From positions 5,897 through 69,896 of the forward strand of contig CAZMGM010000010.1 of NCBI GenBank assembly GCA_964565865.1: 64,000 bases of DNA. Direction: 5' to 3'. Under the pieces are notes generated by a model, which ran no database searches, was not told the origin of the DNA, and saw only the letters and a program-made list of their open reading frames with translations. Positions 20,318-30,317 of this stretch are shown here, piece after piece (position 1 is the stretch's first letter; each line of letters begins with the position of its first letter). The position numbers were made by a program, and so were the translations under genes. The stretch is from an uncultured Acidobacteriota bacterium (GTDB lineage: Bacteria > Acidobacteriota > UBA6911 > RPQK01 > CBDAPI01).

Positions 20318-21112
20318 TTATTCTCTACTGTCCCACTCGGTTGCCGCCGTGTATCCGCCGTCTACCACCAAGGAGGTGCCCGTAATTCCGGCGGAATCCT
20401 CGCACGCGAAATAAAGAATCGCACGGGATATCTGGTCCGCTGTCAGGAGTTTTCCCGAGGGCACGCGTCGGAGGCGCTCGACCAGCTTCTCATCGGGGTC
20501 CGGGTACTGGGACAGATGGGTGCGCAGCCCTGGAGTATCCGTAATCCCGGGACTAACACAATTACAACGGATTCCCTGCGCCGCGTAGTCCAGTGCGATC
20601 GAACGGGTTAACCCTAAAAGTGCATGCTTGGAAGCCGTGTAGACGGGCGTGCTGGCTTGGCCAACAAAGCTGCTGATGGATGCAACGTTTACGACATGGC
20701 TGTGCCTGGCCTTCCGCAAATAGGGGTAAGCCGACTTGAAGCTGAGGTAAGCCGCCTTGACGTTGATCCCCATGACCAGATCCCACTCGTCCTCGGCGCA
20801 CTTGTGGAGCTTCCTATACTGACCGACGGCAGCGTTGTTCACCACGATGTGGAGGCCGCCAAACCGGTTGAGAACCGTCCCGATCGAATGCTCGATGTCT
20901 TCATGGCGAGTAACGTTACAATGAACCGCCAGGGCCCGGCCTTCTCCGCCAGAGTTGATCTGATCGGCCACTTTCCGGCTTCGTGCCATGTTCACGTCGG
21001 CAATGGCCACGTCAGCTCCCTCCCTGGCAAATAATCTTGCGGCCGCCTCACCTATTCCCGAGGCGGCACCACTGATCCAAGCTACCCGGTTTACCAGTCG
21101 TAACTCGCTCAT
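20318..21112 (-). CDS. SDR family NAD(P)-dependent oxidoreductase
   Basis: SGAASGIG, NNA, YTASK (YxxxK), PGITDT. Confidence 0.92.
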   Translation of the reverse strand: MSELRLVNRVAWISGAASGIGEAAARLFAREGADVAIADVNMARSRKVADQINSGGEGRALAVHCNVTRHEDIEHSIGTVLNRFGGLHIVVNNAAVGQYRKLHKCAEDEWDLVMGINVKAAYLSFKSAYPYLRKARHSHVVNVASISSFVGQASTPVYTASKHALLGLTRSIALDYAAQGIRCNCVSPGITDTPGLRTHLSQYPDPDEKLVERLRRVPSGKLLTADQISRAILYFACEDSAGITGTSLVVDGGYTAATEWDSRE

Positions 21113-21190
21113 TGGACAGCAGTCTATGCTAAAGATGAGAAATCCTCCTCCTTGGGTAGCCCAGAACCGCTGGTAGGGGTTGGACCTTTC

Positions 21191-22924
21191 TCAGGTTGCT
21201 TTCGTTTGTTCAGAGCGCAAGACCCAGATGGCCGCCGCAGTCAGGTGTACAAGGCTGGCCAGGGCCAGGTAGCTCTTGAAAGTCACAAGTCGCACGTCGT
21301 ACCCCTCCTCCCCCATAAGGCCCACCCACAGGGCAAGTCCCAGGCACACGGCCAGCGACAGGGCACCGACCACTCCGCTCACGATTCGCACAGCGGACCA
21401 TGAGGACTCGGCCAGCCGGTGGCTAGCAGATGCCGTAACCGCCAGAACGGGAGTGCTTTGGGGCGGTTCAGTCTGGAGCTCTCCGGAGCCCTCCCGGCGT
21501 GCCCCCGCCAGGGCGGCCAGAGCAGTGTACAGAATCGCCGTGAGCAACCAGCCCGGGACGGGAATAAACACTATGTGCAAGACCTCAGACCTCCACAGGC
21601 CAAGACAGACGAGCTCTGCCACCAGCCAGGCAATCAGCGCCGGCCAGTTGACGAGCCTTCCCGAGTCACTGAACCAGAAGCGACTAAAGCCAATGCGGGG
21701 AAAGAGCCAGTGCTCAACTAATACCACTGCCGCAACCGGTGTCATCAGAAGGGCGAAAACACCTGCGAACTCCAGCAGATATCGAAAAATAAAGGGAAAA
21801 CAGGCAATGATGACGGTCCCGGTACCAGCTAGTAGTGTTACCAACCACCGGGGCCACCCCGGTGTAATGACCTGCAGGGCAAGACCGGCTCGATAGAGGG
21901 TCGGGTTGGACGTGGCCCAGCCAGAGACAATCACACACAAAGCTCCCCCCACCCCCAATGCCTGATAGGCAACTTCCCCGGGGTCCAGGCTAGTCAGGGA
22001 AGTCTTCAGTAGCAAGGCAGCCCCAGCTCCCATTACACCCGAGGCGATCCACACCAGAAAGTGGCCCATGAACATCCCGCAGGCCGAAAATAAACCGTAG
22101 CTGGCCCGTGGCGCATAGCGCAACAATGCCATGTCCGAGAGTCCTACATGGAATGCCAGATTCGCCAGCCAGGCAAACCCGGCTACGTGCCAGAGGCTGA
22201 AGACTGAATCTGGATGACCGATCCAAACGCGCTCCTCGGCAAGGCGCCACAGGTCGTCGAAGCCCTGAATAGAAGTCACCTCGGGAGTGCTGGCCGTCAA
22301 CTGGGGCAGAACGGCCAGGGCACCGGCAAAGAAAATCACAAAGATCCAGGGAACACAGATTGTCGAAAATTGGGCCAGGCGCCGGAACCCTAGAATCGCG
22401 ATCATCACGACTACCGCGCCGACGGCCACGACCACCAGCACAAAGCGCAGATCGGTCGGGTACCAGTGGGTTTGGGGCGGGATGCCAAAGGGGATGCGCA
22501 CGGCTGATGCCGAAACTGTAATCATGGCACCCGCTAGGGCGCAGAATAAGACAGCGTTTACCAGGTTGTAAATCGTGGTCACGGCCGGGCCTGTGATGCG
22601 CCGCAAATACCAGTAGAGTGTCAGCCGTGTCTCCACGGCGATGGGCGCACACATGAACGTCCAGGAGAGAACCGCCAGCAGATTACCTAGCAACAAGCCG
22701 AGGATGAGTTCCCGGGGTCCGACCCCCCAGGAGACGAAGAGCGCGCCGATGACGAATTCCGTTCCGGCGACATGTTCGCCGGCAAAAACGGCAGCGAAGT
22801 GGCGACGGCTCTCCAGTCGATCCGGAGTGACCGGCTCCCGCTCAAATTCGTACAGCTGGTCGAGCCGCTCAAAGAGCGTGGGCGATTTGATCGTCGCTGA
22901 TTCACCGTTTTTACGGTCAGTCAT
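21191..22924 (-). CDS. NCS1/purine-cytosine permease family transporter
   Basis: Many TM helices; FAGEHVAGTEFVIGALF and SGWATSNPTLYRAGLA segments. Confidence 0.75.
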   Translation of the reverse strand: MTDRKNGESATIKSPTLFERLDQLYEFEREPVTPDRLESRRHFAAVFAGEHVAGTEFVIGALFVSWGVGPRELILGLLLGNLLAVLSWTFMCAPIAVETRLTLYWYLRRITGPAVTTIYNLVNAVLFCALAGAMITVSASAVRIPFGIPPQTHWYPTDLRFVLVVVAVGAVVVMIAILGFRRLAQFSTICVPWIFVIFFAGALAVLPQLTASTPEVTSIQGFDDLWRLAEERVWIGHPDSVFSLWHVAGFAWLANLAFHVGLSDMALLRYAPRASYGLFSACGMFMGHFLVWIASGVMGAGAALLLKTSLTSLDPGEVAYQALGVGGALCVIVSGWATSNPTLYRAGLALQVITPGWPRWLVTLLAGTGTVIIACFPFIFRYLLEFAGVFALLMTPVAAVVLVEHWLFPRIGFSRFWFSDSGRLVNWPALIAWLVAELVCLGLWRSEVLHIVFIPVPGWLLTAILYTALAALAGARREGSGELQTEPPQSTPVLAVTASASHRLAESSWSAVRIVSGVVGALSLAVCLGLALWVGLMGEEGYDVRLVTFKSYLALASLVHLTAAAIWVLRSEQTKAT

Positions 22925-23185
22925 GAACCGTCTTTTGCTGGATTGAGCCTAAACGAGCCAAAAGGTCTAGCCAACCATATCCTTGCGCACCCCGATCGTT
23001 CAAGCAGTGACCGAAGCGGAGGATACAGGAAGGCGGGAAAAGCAGCTCGTTCCCCGTATCGAAGAAGCTGCATCCTTCTCACTTATTGCCTGGAATGTTA
23101 AGCTTTAATGGTCCAGTTTAGAATCTCTTCGAGCAGGAAGTCGGTTTCAGTCGCTCCGATCTGCAATCGTCCCGTGGTAAGTCAT

Positions 23186-24220
23186 ATGTCGCGATCGTTT
23201 CGAGTTGCCGTGACCTCCGACTTACTAACAAATCCGATACTTTCGAAGGTGGGTTTTTCAGCCTTCGAGCCCTACAAGTGGATCGAGACTAAAACCTTCG
23301 ACGAACATCGATCCGAGATCGGTCCCGACCAGTACGGTGATGCCAACGGGATTATCGTAGGCAGTCCATGGGTCACAGTTGACACGCTAGCCGGTGCCGA
23401 AAAGCTGTTGGCCATCAGCCGTTTTGGAGTCGGCTACGATAGGGTGGATGTGTACGCCTGCACCAGGGCCGATGTGCTGGCTCTGACCACCCCGGGCGCG
23501 GTTGACCACTCGATGGCTGAAGCCACCGTGAGCTGGATGCTGGCTCTGTGCCACCGGGTCTGGGCAAAAGACCAGCTGGCCCGTACGGGTCAGTGGAAGG
23601 ATCGAGGGAGCTTGTCAGGCAGTGAACTGCGCGACCACACATTCGGCACGGTAGGACTGGGTCGCATTGCTCGCCGGGCAGTCGAGTTGCTCAAGGGATT
23701 TCGTATGAATCCACCGATCGCCTTCGACCCATTCGTGGAGGAGGCGGAGGCCACTGCCCTCGGTGTACGATTAGTCAGCCTGGACGACCTTATGTCCGAG
23801 GCGGATTTTGTGTCCGTCCACTGTCCGTTGTCCGAGGGAACGCTTGACCTGATCGGTGAAAAGGAAATCACTCTGATGAAACCAACAGCTTTTTTGATCA
23901 ACACGGCCCGCGGCGGGATCGTCAATGAAGACGCGCTGTTTGCCGCACTGCAAGAACAGCGCATCGCTGGGGCAGCCCTGGACTGCTTCGTCGGAGAGCC
24001 GCTGACTACCCCTCCCCGTTTCGCCCAGTTCGACAATGTTCTGCTGGCATTGCACTCCATTGGCTTCAGCCGAGAGCTGTTTCGCGATATCGGGGGAGCG
24101 GTGTGCCAGAGCATGATCGATCTGGCCCAGGGGAAAAGGCCCCGGGGCGTGCTCAACCCGGAGGTTTTCGAGCAGCCAGGCTTTCAGGGAAAATGGGAAC
24201 GTATACAACGTCCCACCTGA
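23186..24220 (+). CDS. D-isomer-specific 2-hydroxyacid dehydrogenase
   Basis: RFGVGYD, GLGRIA, HCPL, INTARGG, ALDCF. Start uncertain (23108 possible). Confidence 0.9.
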   Translation: MSRSFRVAVTSDLLTNPILSKVGFSAFEPYKWIETKTFDEHRSEIGPDQYGDANGIIVGSPWVTVDTLAGAEKLLAISRFGVGYDRVDVYACTRADVLALTTPGAVDHSMAEATVSWMLALCHRVWAKDQLARTGQWKDRGSLSGSELRDHTFGTVGLGRIARRAVELLKGFRMNPPIAFDPFVEEAEATALGVRLVSLDDLMSEADFVSVHCPLSEGTLDLIGEKEITLMKPTAFLINTARGGIVNEDALFAALQEQRIAGAALDCFVGEPLTTPPRFAQFDNVLLALHSIGFSRELFRDIGGAVCQSMIDLAQGKRPRGVLNPEVFEQPGFQGKWERIQRPT

Positions 24221-24291
24221 TCATGAAGAGAGATGGCACAGCACACTCGATCTTCGCCCCGATCTCTTGGGGAGGAATCTGCACTGAAAAG

Positions 24292-24591
24292 GACCAGCGT
24301 GAGGGCTATCTGGTGGCGCCCGGGTTCTGCGGGGCCGAGATACTGGCCCGCAGCGCTGCGCGGATTCAGAAGATCAGGGACGATGTAGTGGCCAGTGGTG
24401 ACTTCGGTGATAGCTTGGAGGTGGAATCGGACAAGGTAGAAGGGCAGGTCTTAACCCGACCCATCTACAACCCTTATGATTAGCACGATGACTTCAAGGA
24501 GCTGGCCACGGACCCGCAGCTCCTGGCCTGCCTTGAGTCGCAGATTGATCCCAACATCAATCTGCGGCACAGCAAGTTGAACATGAAGCCA
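24292..24591 (+). pseudogene. Phytanoyl-CoA dioxygenase (PhyH) family fragment
   Basis: REGYLVAPGF...IYNPYD*HDDFKELATDPQLLACLESQIDPNINLRHSKLNMKP; in-frame TAG at 24481; truncated before the HxD iron motif. Confidence 0.7.
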
Positions 24592-24634
24592 CTCGAGAGG
24601 TCCTTTGGGAGAGTATCCGGAAAGCACGACCCCG

Positions 24635-25423
24635 ATGAAGCGTCTTGACGGACAGACTGCCTGGATCACCGGCGGTGCCTCAGGCATGGGTGAAAGCATT
24701 GCCGAATACTTCGCTCAGGAAGGTGCCAAAATAGCGGTGGTCGACATCCAGTTGGACGCCGGGAAACAGGTCGCCGACCGGATCAATCACAGTGGCGGCC
24801 AAGCGATCTTCACCCACTGCGACGTCACCCAAGGTGACCAGGTCCACGATTCGATCGCCCGGACCGTCGACCAGTTCGAAGGGCTGCAGATTATTGTCAA
24901 CTGCGCTGGCATCGTTCACGTCGGGATGCTGCACGAATATGCCGAAGCGGACTGGGACAGACTCATGGGGGTGAACCTCAAGTCGATCTACTGGTCGGTT
25001 AGGTGCGGCATCGAACACCTGCGAAAGAACCCCCGCAGCTACATGGTCAACGTTGGATCGGTAGGCAGTTATATCAGCCAGGCCTTGACACCCGCCTATA
25101 TTGCGTCCAAGCATGCCGTGCTGGGACTGAGCCGTTCCATTGCCCTGGACTACGCGAGGGACGGACTGCGCTGCAACTGTATTTGCCCCGGTATCACCGA
25201 CACGCCGATGCTGCGTGAACACATGGATGCTCTGCCTGACCCTGAGGCTGCGCTGGTGGCCCGGTTGACCCGTGTGCCGCTGAACCGGGTTTTGACGCCG
25301 GAAGATATCGCTCGAGCCGCCTTATACCTCTCTTGCCAGGACTCGGCAGGCGTCACCGGCACTTCGCTAGTCGTGGACGCAGGCTACATCAGCTGTGCCG
25401 AGTGGGACACTACCCAGGTGTGA
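24635..25423 (+). CDS. SDR family oxidoreductase (paralog of 20318-21112)
   Basis: TGGASGMG, YIASK, RSIALDYA..G.RCNC..PGITDTP shared with the other SDR. Confidence 0.92.
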   Translation: MKRLDGQTAWITGGASGMGESIAEYFAQEGAKIAVVDIQLDAGKQVADRINHSGGQAIFTHCDVTQGDQVHDSIARTVDQFEGLQIIVNCAGIVHVGMLHEYAEADWDRLMGVNLKSIYWSVRCGIEHLRKNPRSYMVNVGSVGSYISQALTPAYIASKHAVLGLSRSIALDYARDGLRCNCICPGITDTPMLREHMDALPDPEAALVARLTRVPLNRVLTPEDIARAALYLSCQDSAGVTGTSLVVDAGYISCAEWDTTQV

Positions 25424-25847
25424 AACGGTTCTCCGTGAGGAGCGCGTGTCGTGAAACCGAAACTAGATTGCGCCCATCCATCCAAACACAAATCTTGTCA
25501 CCATGCGTTTCATTTTTCCTCCTGTGCCATCCGGCTCGGTAGCACCCGGCATCCCAACAGGCACTTCGGCTACGGCATCCACTGCTGCGTGGGCGGGCTG
25601 AAAGCGGATCCCGGATTAAAACATTATGGCTAATCGTTGCCGGATAAATATGACCAAATTATGATGGAAACACGGATAACGAAAGAATTGTTTTAAGAAT
25701 AGAAATCCGGTAAACCATGGATAACACTCAGGTTATAATATAGACGAAAGGATTCGAACCCGAGGTACAGGTAGACGAGAAAACATGTCCTCTATAAGCT
25801 TTAAAGCAACAGCTCCTCGGACAGGATAACTGCACCGGACCAAGAAC

Positions 25848-26651
25848 TTAATGAATCCCGCCCGCCCGTTCCTTGGCGGGCATGATCTCCAGGCACGTTG
25901 TCCACCAGCCCGTTACAGTAGTCTCTACAAACTCAGGTGGGAGACCTTCTTGGCGCATCTCGGATGCCAGCCTTCGGTAGTCATACTCGAGGGGAAGAAA
26001 ACGACATCCCAGCTCCTCTTTTCCGGCCTCCAGAAGGGTATACCAGACATGAGTCCGTCCATCGTTGCCCGGGCGCCCGATCACGCCTGTATTGATGAAT
26101 TCACGACCCTGCGAAAGCCTGCGACGCCATTTTATTCCGGTGTGCGTGCAGCAAAATACGTCGGCGCCAGCCTCATCCAAAAACTTTTCCAGGAGATGAT
26201 CCGGAGATGAGGTTTCCCACAGGAACTCATTCACTCTTCGAGGAGATCCGTGACAGAGTTCTACGATCCTGTCCCCCAAATGGAAACGCAGGGAACGGGG
26301 CAGCTTCCCCAGCCACTCCTTGTGGTCATGTGACGTGTTCTGAAAGGTGTAGTCGTAACTGACCTTGGCAAAATGGTTATCCCGGGGGTCAGTGTATCCG
26401 CACCCGCAATCTTCGCGGCCCTCGGCCAGAGAAATATCGTAGTTCCCGGCAATGGTCTCCACGTCGCCATCTTGCAGATAGGAGAAGCTACGGTCCGGGC
26501 AGGGGCCGAACCCCCCAACATCACCCAGACAGAACACGCCGTCCACCGCCAGCTCCCGGCTTCGCTCGAGCAGGGCCTCCAGAGCCAGGTAATTGCTGTA
26601 GACTCCTCCAAAGACAACGACCTTCTGATAAGTTGGCAGGTCCGCACTCAT
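25848..26651 (-). CDS. Calcineurin-like metallophosphoesterase with Cys-rich loop
   Basis: CLGD, GNYD, CHGSP, HTG motifs; DCGCGY; first motif atypical (GGVYSN instead of DxH). Confidence 0.85.
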   Translation of the reverse strand: MSADLPTYQKVVVFGGVYSNYLALEALLERSRELAVDGVFCLGDVGGFGPCPDRSFSYLQDGDVETIAGNYDISLAEGREDCGCGYTDPRDNHFAKVSYDYTFQNTSHDHKEWLGKLPRSLRFHLGDRIVELCHGSPRRVNEFLWETSSPDHLLEKFLDEAGADVFCCTHTGIKWRRRLSQGREFINTGVIGRPGNDGRTHVWYTLLEAGKEELGCRFLPLEYDYRRLASEMRQEGLPPEFVETTVTGWWTTCLEIMPAKERAGGIH

Positions 26652-26781
26652 ACCCTGGCAGCTCCTCGTCGTCGCAAATGACCAAGCATTGACTTCCTCC
26701 TTCTGCCTTGCCAGCGAACACAGTGCCCGGGCCTGCGCGACCGCGCGCGACTTTCACCACGGATTGCTCTAGTGAACTCTA

Positions 26782-27660
26782 CTAGTAGTTCCGGCAGGTC
26801 ATTCCCGTCTCGTAGCAGGTAGTGCAGGCTGAATGATACAGGTTGCAGGGCCTAGCGGCCTCCTCCAGGCTTGTTTTGCTCATGCGGGCCTTCTTTTCGC
26901 CGACCAGAATCGGGCAGGCATAGACTCCATCCTGGGCAACAATCCGCGACGCCGAGCACTGCAGTAAGCCATGGTCAAAGTTCTTCATCATCCCGTGAGT
27001 AACCACGACAGGCCGGTGGGGGATCGGGAGCATACCCATCTCGAACACGGGAATGATCTTAATACGGGGACGGGTCACGCCCATCGACTGCAGCAGATCG
27101 ACGTACCTCTGGTATGGATTCAGAACAGAATCGCCTTCGGAAAGATAGTCTTGAATCTCAGTCACCGTGAGGATGGGAAGCAATCCCCGCTGCCACAGTC
27201 TCTGGTAAGCTTGGAGGGCCCGTTTGAATACGCCCTTCCCTCGAACGGCATCATTTCTGCCCTCGTCGAAATCATCCAGGCTGATCCTGATCTCGAGAGA
27301 GTATGTGGACTGCTGAGAGATCCGGGCCAGTTCGTCGGCACGGGATTCGTTGATCGGCAGACCGTTAGTCAGAATAGAAGCCGGAAAGTCTTTGAGTGTC
27401 TGCTCCAGGATGAGCAGCATGTCTCCATGCAGGAAGGGCTCACCGCCGGTGAAATAGATCTCCTTTACGCCCTGCGCCTTGGCCGCTTTCAGGTAACTGA
27501 GAACAGCCCCCGTCTCCATCATTTTCAGGCTATCATTGTTGGGGGAGCAGCTGATGAAACAGTGGGTACAACGGAGATTGCAAAGGGTCCCAGAAACCTG
27601 AAACCAGAGCGTCTCGAGGTAGTCGAAATGGGCTTGGGGAATTCTTTCTGGTTTGATCAG
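26782..27660 (-). CDS. Radical SAM protein with C-terminal Cys cluster, non-canonical start (probably CTG)
   Basis: The CxxxCxxC motif CNLRCTHC lies upstream of the ORF-track ATG. FTGGEP, LTNG, SLDD, C-terminal CSAS...ACP...HSACTTC...TC. Confidence 0.88.
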   Translation of the reverse strand: MIKPERIPQAHFDYLETLWFQVSGTLCNLRCTHCFISCSPNNDSLKMMETGAVLSYLKAAKAQGVKEIYFTGGEPFLHGDMLLILEQTLKDFPASILTNGLPINESRADELARISQQSTYSLEIRISLDDFDEGRNDAVRGKGVFKRALQAYQRLWQRGLLPILTVTEIQDYLSEGDSVLNPYQRYVDLLQSMGVTRPRIKIIPVFEMGMLPIPHRPVVVTHGMMKNFDHGLLQCSASRIVAQDGVYACPILVGEKKARMSKTSLEEAARPCNLYHSACTTCYETGMTCRNY

Positions 27661-30317
27661 GATGTGCCTCGCAGGAGCAAGTCGACGGCAGATTTCAGGC
27701 GCAGGTTGAACTCGTCATGGGACTCGCCTGGCTGCGCTGCCAGTGGTTCACCGAAACGGATGGTTACTGGATGCAGCCGGAATCTAGAAGATCCACGTGA
27801 CCAGACTTCGAAGGTCCCAGTAATTGCTGTCGGTATAACTTTGATCTGAAGTTCCGAGGCCAGGATGGCGGCGGCTTTTCGAAAGCTTTTCAGGGTCCCG
27901 TCGATCGACCGTTCGCCTTCTGGAAAGATTCCCAGTACAAGATTCTCTTTGAGGCCGTACGCTCCCAGTCGCAGGGCCTGGCGGAGGTTTCTATCTGGAT
28001 CTACCGGGACCACCTTGATGAGACTGCCCAGAGACCCGACAAGTGTACCGGCCTGGAAATAGTTGCTGTAGCCCACATAGAACATTCGTCGGATGGTGGA
28101 AAAAGGCAAACAGGCGCTGATCATGAAGGGGTCCACATAGCTCAGATGGTTTGGGCAAATTATATGTGCCTCAGGGAGGTGCAGGTTCTTCCGTCCCTCG
28201 ACGCGCAAACGAAAAAAGAGCTTACCCAGCAGCCAGACACAGCGGCTCAAGAAAAAGTAAAATCCCTCCACAAACAGTCTGCGACGCAGCACTCTATGCG
28301 TCTCTCCGGCCTCCTCCTCATTTAGGGGACTATCCAAAATCTTGGACCACGAGAGTTTTTCACCTGAAGAACCGACTTCAGGAGCCCGGTCCAGTCCTTT
28401 TCTTACAGCGTCCGCGAGATTCTCGACTGTAAAGATAGTCATGGCTTCGTCATCATCGATGTGGACGCCGAAGACATCCTGGATATGGGAGAGAAACTCG
28501 ACTCGTCCCAGGGAGTCGAAACCACAGTCGAACTCCAGGTTCATCGAACGGTTTACTGCTGTGATTTTGCCCGTTTCCTTCAAAAGCTGGAAAAGGCGCG
28601 CTTCTATAGAATCTCGAGGAGGGGTCTGTTCGATTGGCGCAGGCCGGGTCCGGCGGTCCCTTTCCTCACGGAACTGTCTTTCAACCTCGAAGCGTTTGAT
28701 CTTTCGAGTCGGGGTCCGAGGCAGGGACTCCTGCCGAATGTCGAAACTGCGCACCCTCTTGTAAGCGGGGATTTCCTGCGAGATGTTTTCTAGTTGGTAG
28801 CGAATAATTTCTGCCACATTCACGATCTGCTGGGTCTTGAGGTATTCGTAGTCCGGCACCACGATCGCGTGGAGAGTCTCCTGACCCCTCTCTTCCTCTA
28901 CCCCGATCACGCACATTTCACTGATGTGGGGACACTTTCTTTCATACGTATGCTCGATCTCCTCAGGATAAATGTTCTTTCCGGAGCTGAGGACGATGAC
29001 ATCCTTTTTTCGGCCTGTGATGTACAGGTAGCCTTGAGAGTCCAGATATCCGAGATCGCCGCTGTGTAACCAGTCATTGGACAGGATCTCCTGGGTCGCT
29101 TCCTGATTTTTCCAGTAACCCTGCATGAGATGGAGGCCTTTGATCAGGATCTCGCCAATGCCGTCTGCATTCGGGTCGAAGATCTTGACCTCGGAGTGGG
29201 GAAGGGCCCGGCCCACGGATCCGAGGCCTCCGGAATAGGCCATGGTCGTCACTGCCGACGTTTCCGTCATTCCAAAGGCCTGAGCAAACTGGAAACCCAG
29301 GCTTCGGAAGGAATAGAGAACCTCCGGGTCGCAGCGGGCTCCGCCCACGGCAAACAGTCTTAACTGGCCAAAGTTGCGGTGGATCGGTCGGAAGAAAAGC
29401 TTTCCAGGATTCCACCCGGTCCATTCGTTGCTCATCTCTGAGATCTTGAAAAGCAGCCGAAAAAGAGAGCGTCTCAACAGGCCCTTTTTCTGGATTTCCT
29501 GGAAAATCCTGCGGTGCACGAGGTAGAAAAACTGAGGGACGCAGACGAAAATCGTGATCCCTTCCTCACGAAAGCTCTGCAGAATTCGCCCCGCATCCAG
29601 GGCATCGAGATACGTCACCCGGGCTCCCACGTAGAGAGGAGCCAAAAAATTGGCCATCAGCGCCAGCATGTGGTACAGCGGCAGTACAGAGAGGATGTGA
29701 TCCCGGTGGGATACTTCCACGACGTCCAGTACAGATTCCACGGTCAGGTATATACTGCGGGGCGTCAACATGACTCCCTTGGGATTCCCCGTGGTGCCGC
29801 TCGTATAGACCAGCAGGAAAGTCTCATCCGGGTCACGCTGTACCAGGGGCAGGGTCTCGGTGGTGGCAGGGCGGCTCAAAACCGTATCCCAGTGCTCGTA
29901 TCCGTCAAATCTGGGACCCGCGACTAGGCCGGGGAGGGGCTCGGGCAGCTGGTCCTGGATCTCCTGAAGCCTGGGAAAGACTTCCTCTGACGAAATCAGG
30001 TACTTGCATTCAGAATGCAGCACAAGATAGGCCAGGGTCTCCGAGGAGTGGAGGATGTCGAAGGGGACGATCCGAGCGCCGGCACTCTGAGCCGCCAGGA
30101 AGGCGATCCCCCAGCGTGGATGGTTTTCCATCAGGATTCCCACCGTATCACCTGGCTGAATGTGGCGGACGAGAAGCTGACTGATCTTCGTGACTTCGTC
30201 CCAGATCCTGCGGAACGTAAACGGTTCTCTTCTCCTCTCGCCCAGGATCTGCAGGGCCACGTGGTCAGGCATGGCTTCCGCGTTACTTCTGAGTTTCTGG
30301 AAAAAATCAGAGCTCAT
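27657..30317 (-). CDS. Multidomain long-chain acyl-AMP ligase + ACP + PlsC-type acyltransferase
   Basis: YTSGTTGNPKG, FGMTET, SGDLG, GRKKDVI; GFDSL phosphopantetheine site; NHLSYVD (HX4D) and FPEGERS. Confidence 0.9.
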   Translation of the reverse strand: MSSDFFQKLRSNAEAMPDHVALQILGERRREPFTFRRIWDEVTKISQLLVRHIQPGDTVGILMENHPRWGIAFLAAQSAGARIVPFDILHSSETLAYLVLHSECKYLISSEEVFPRLQEIQDQLPEPLPGLVAGPRFDGYEHWDTVLSRPATTETLPLVQRDPDETFLLVYTSGTTGNPKGVMLTPRSIYLTVESVLDVVEVSHRDHILSVLPLYHMLALMANFLAPLYVGARVTYLDALDAGRILQSFREEGITIFVCVPQFFYLVHRRIFQEIQKKGLLRRSLFRLLFKISEMSNEWTGWNPGKLFFRPIHRNFGQLRLFAVGGARCDPEVLYSFRSLGFQFAQAFGMTETSAVTTMAYSGGLGSVGRALPHSEVKIFDPNADGIGEILIKGLHLMQGYWKNQEATQEILSNDWLHSGDLGYLDSQGYLYITGRKKDVIVLSSGKNIYPEEIEHTYERKCPHISEMCVIGVEEERGQETLHAIVVPDYEYLKTQQIVNVAEIIRYQLENISQEIPAYKRVRSFDIRQESLPRTPTRKIKRFEVERQFREERDRRTRPAPIEQTPPRDSIEARLFQLLKETGKITAVNRSMNLEFDCGFDSLGRVEFLSHIQDVFGVHIDDDEAMTIFTVENLADAVRKGLDRAPEVGSSGEKLSWSKILDSPLNEEEAGETHRVLRRRLFVEGFYFFLSRCVWLLGKLFFRLRVEGRKNLHLPEAHIICPNHLSYVDPFMISACLPFSTIRRMFYVGYSNYFQAGTLVGSLGSLIKVVPVDPDRNLRQALRLGAYGLKENLVLGIFPEGERSIDGTLKSFRKAAAILASELQIKVIPTAITGTFEVWSRGSSRFRLHPVTIRFGEPLAAQPGESHDEFNLRLKSAVDLLLRGTS

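Noticed and set aside
24481-24483. TAG in the PhyH fragment as possible pyrrolysine or readthrough
   Set aside because: The fragment is truncated anyway, and no pyl genes are seen.
25748-25765. GGATTCGAACC tRNA T-loop-like sequence
   Set aside because: No cloverleaf can be built and it does not match tRNA-Asp.
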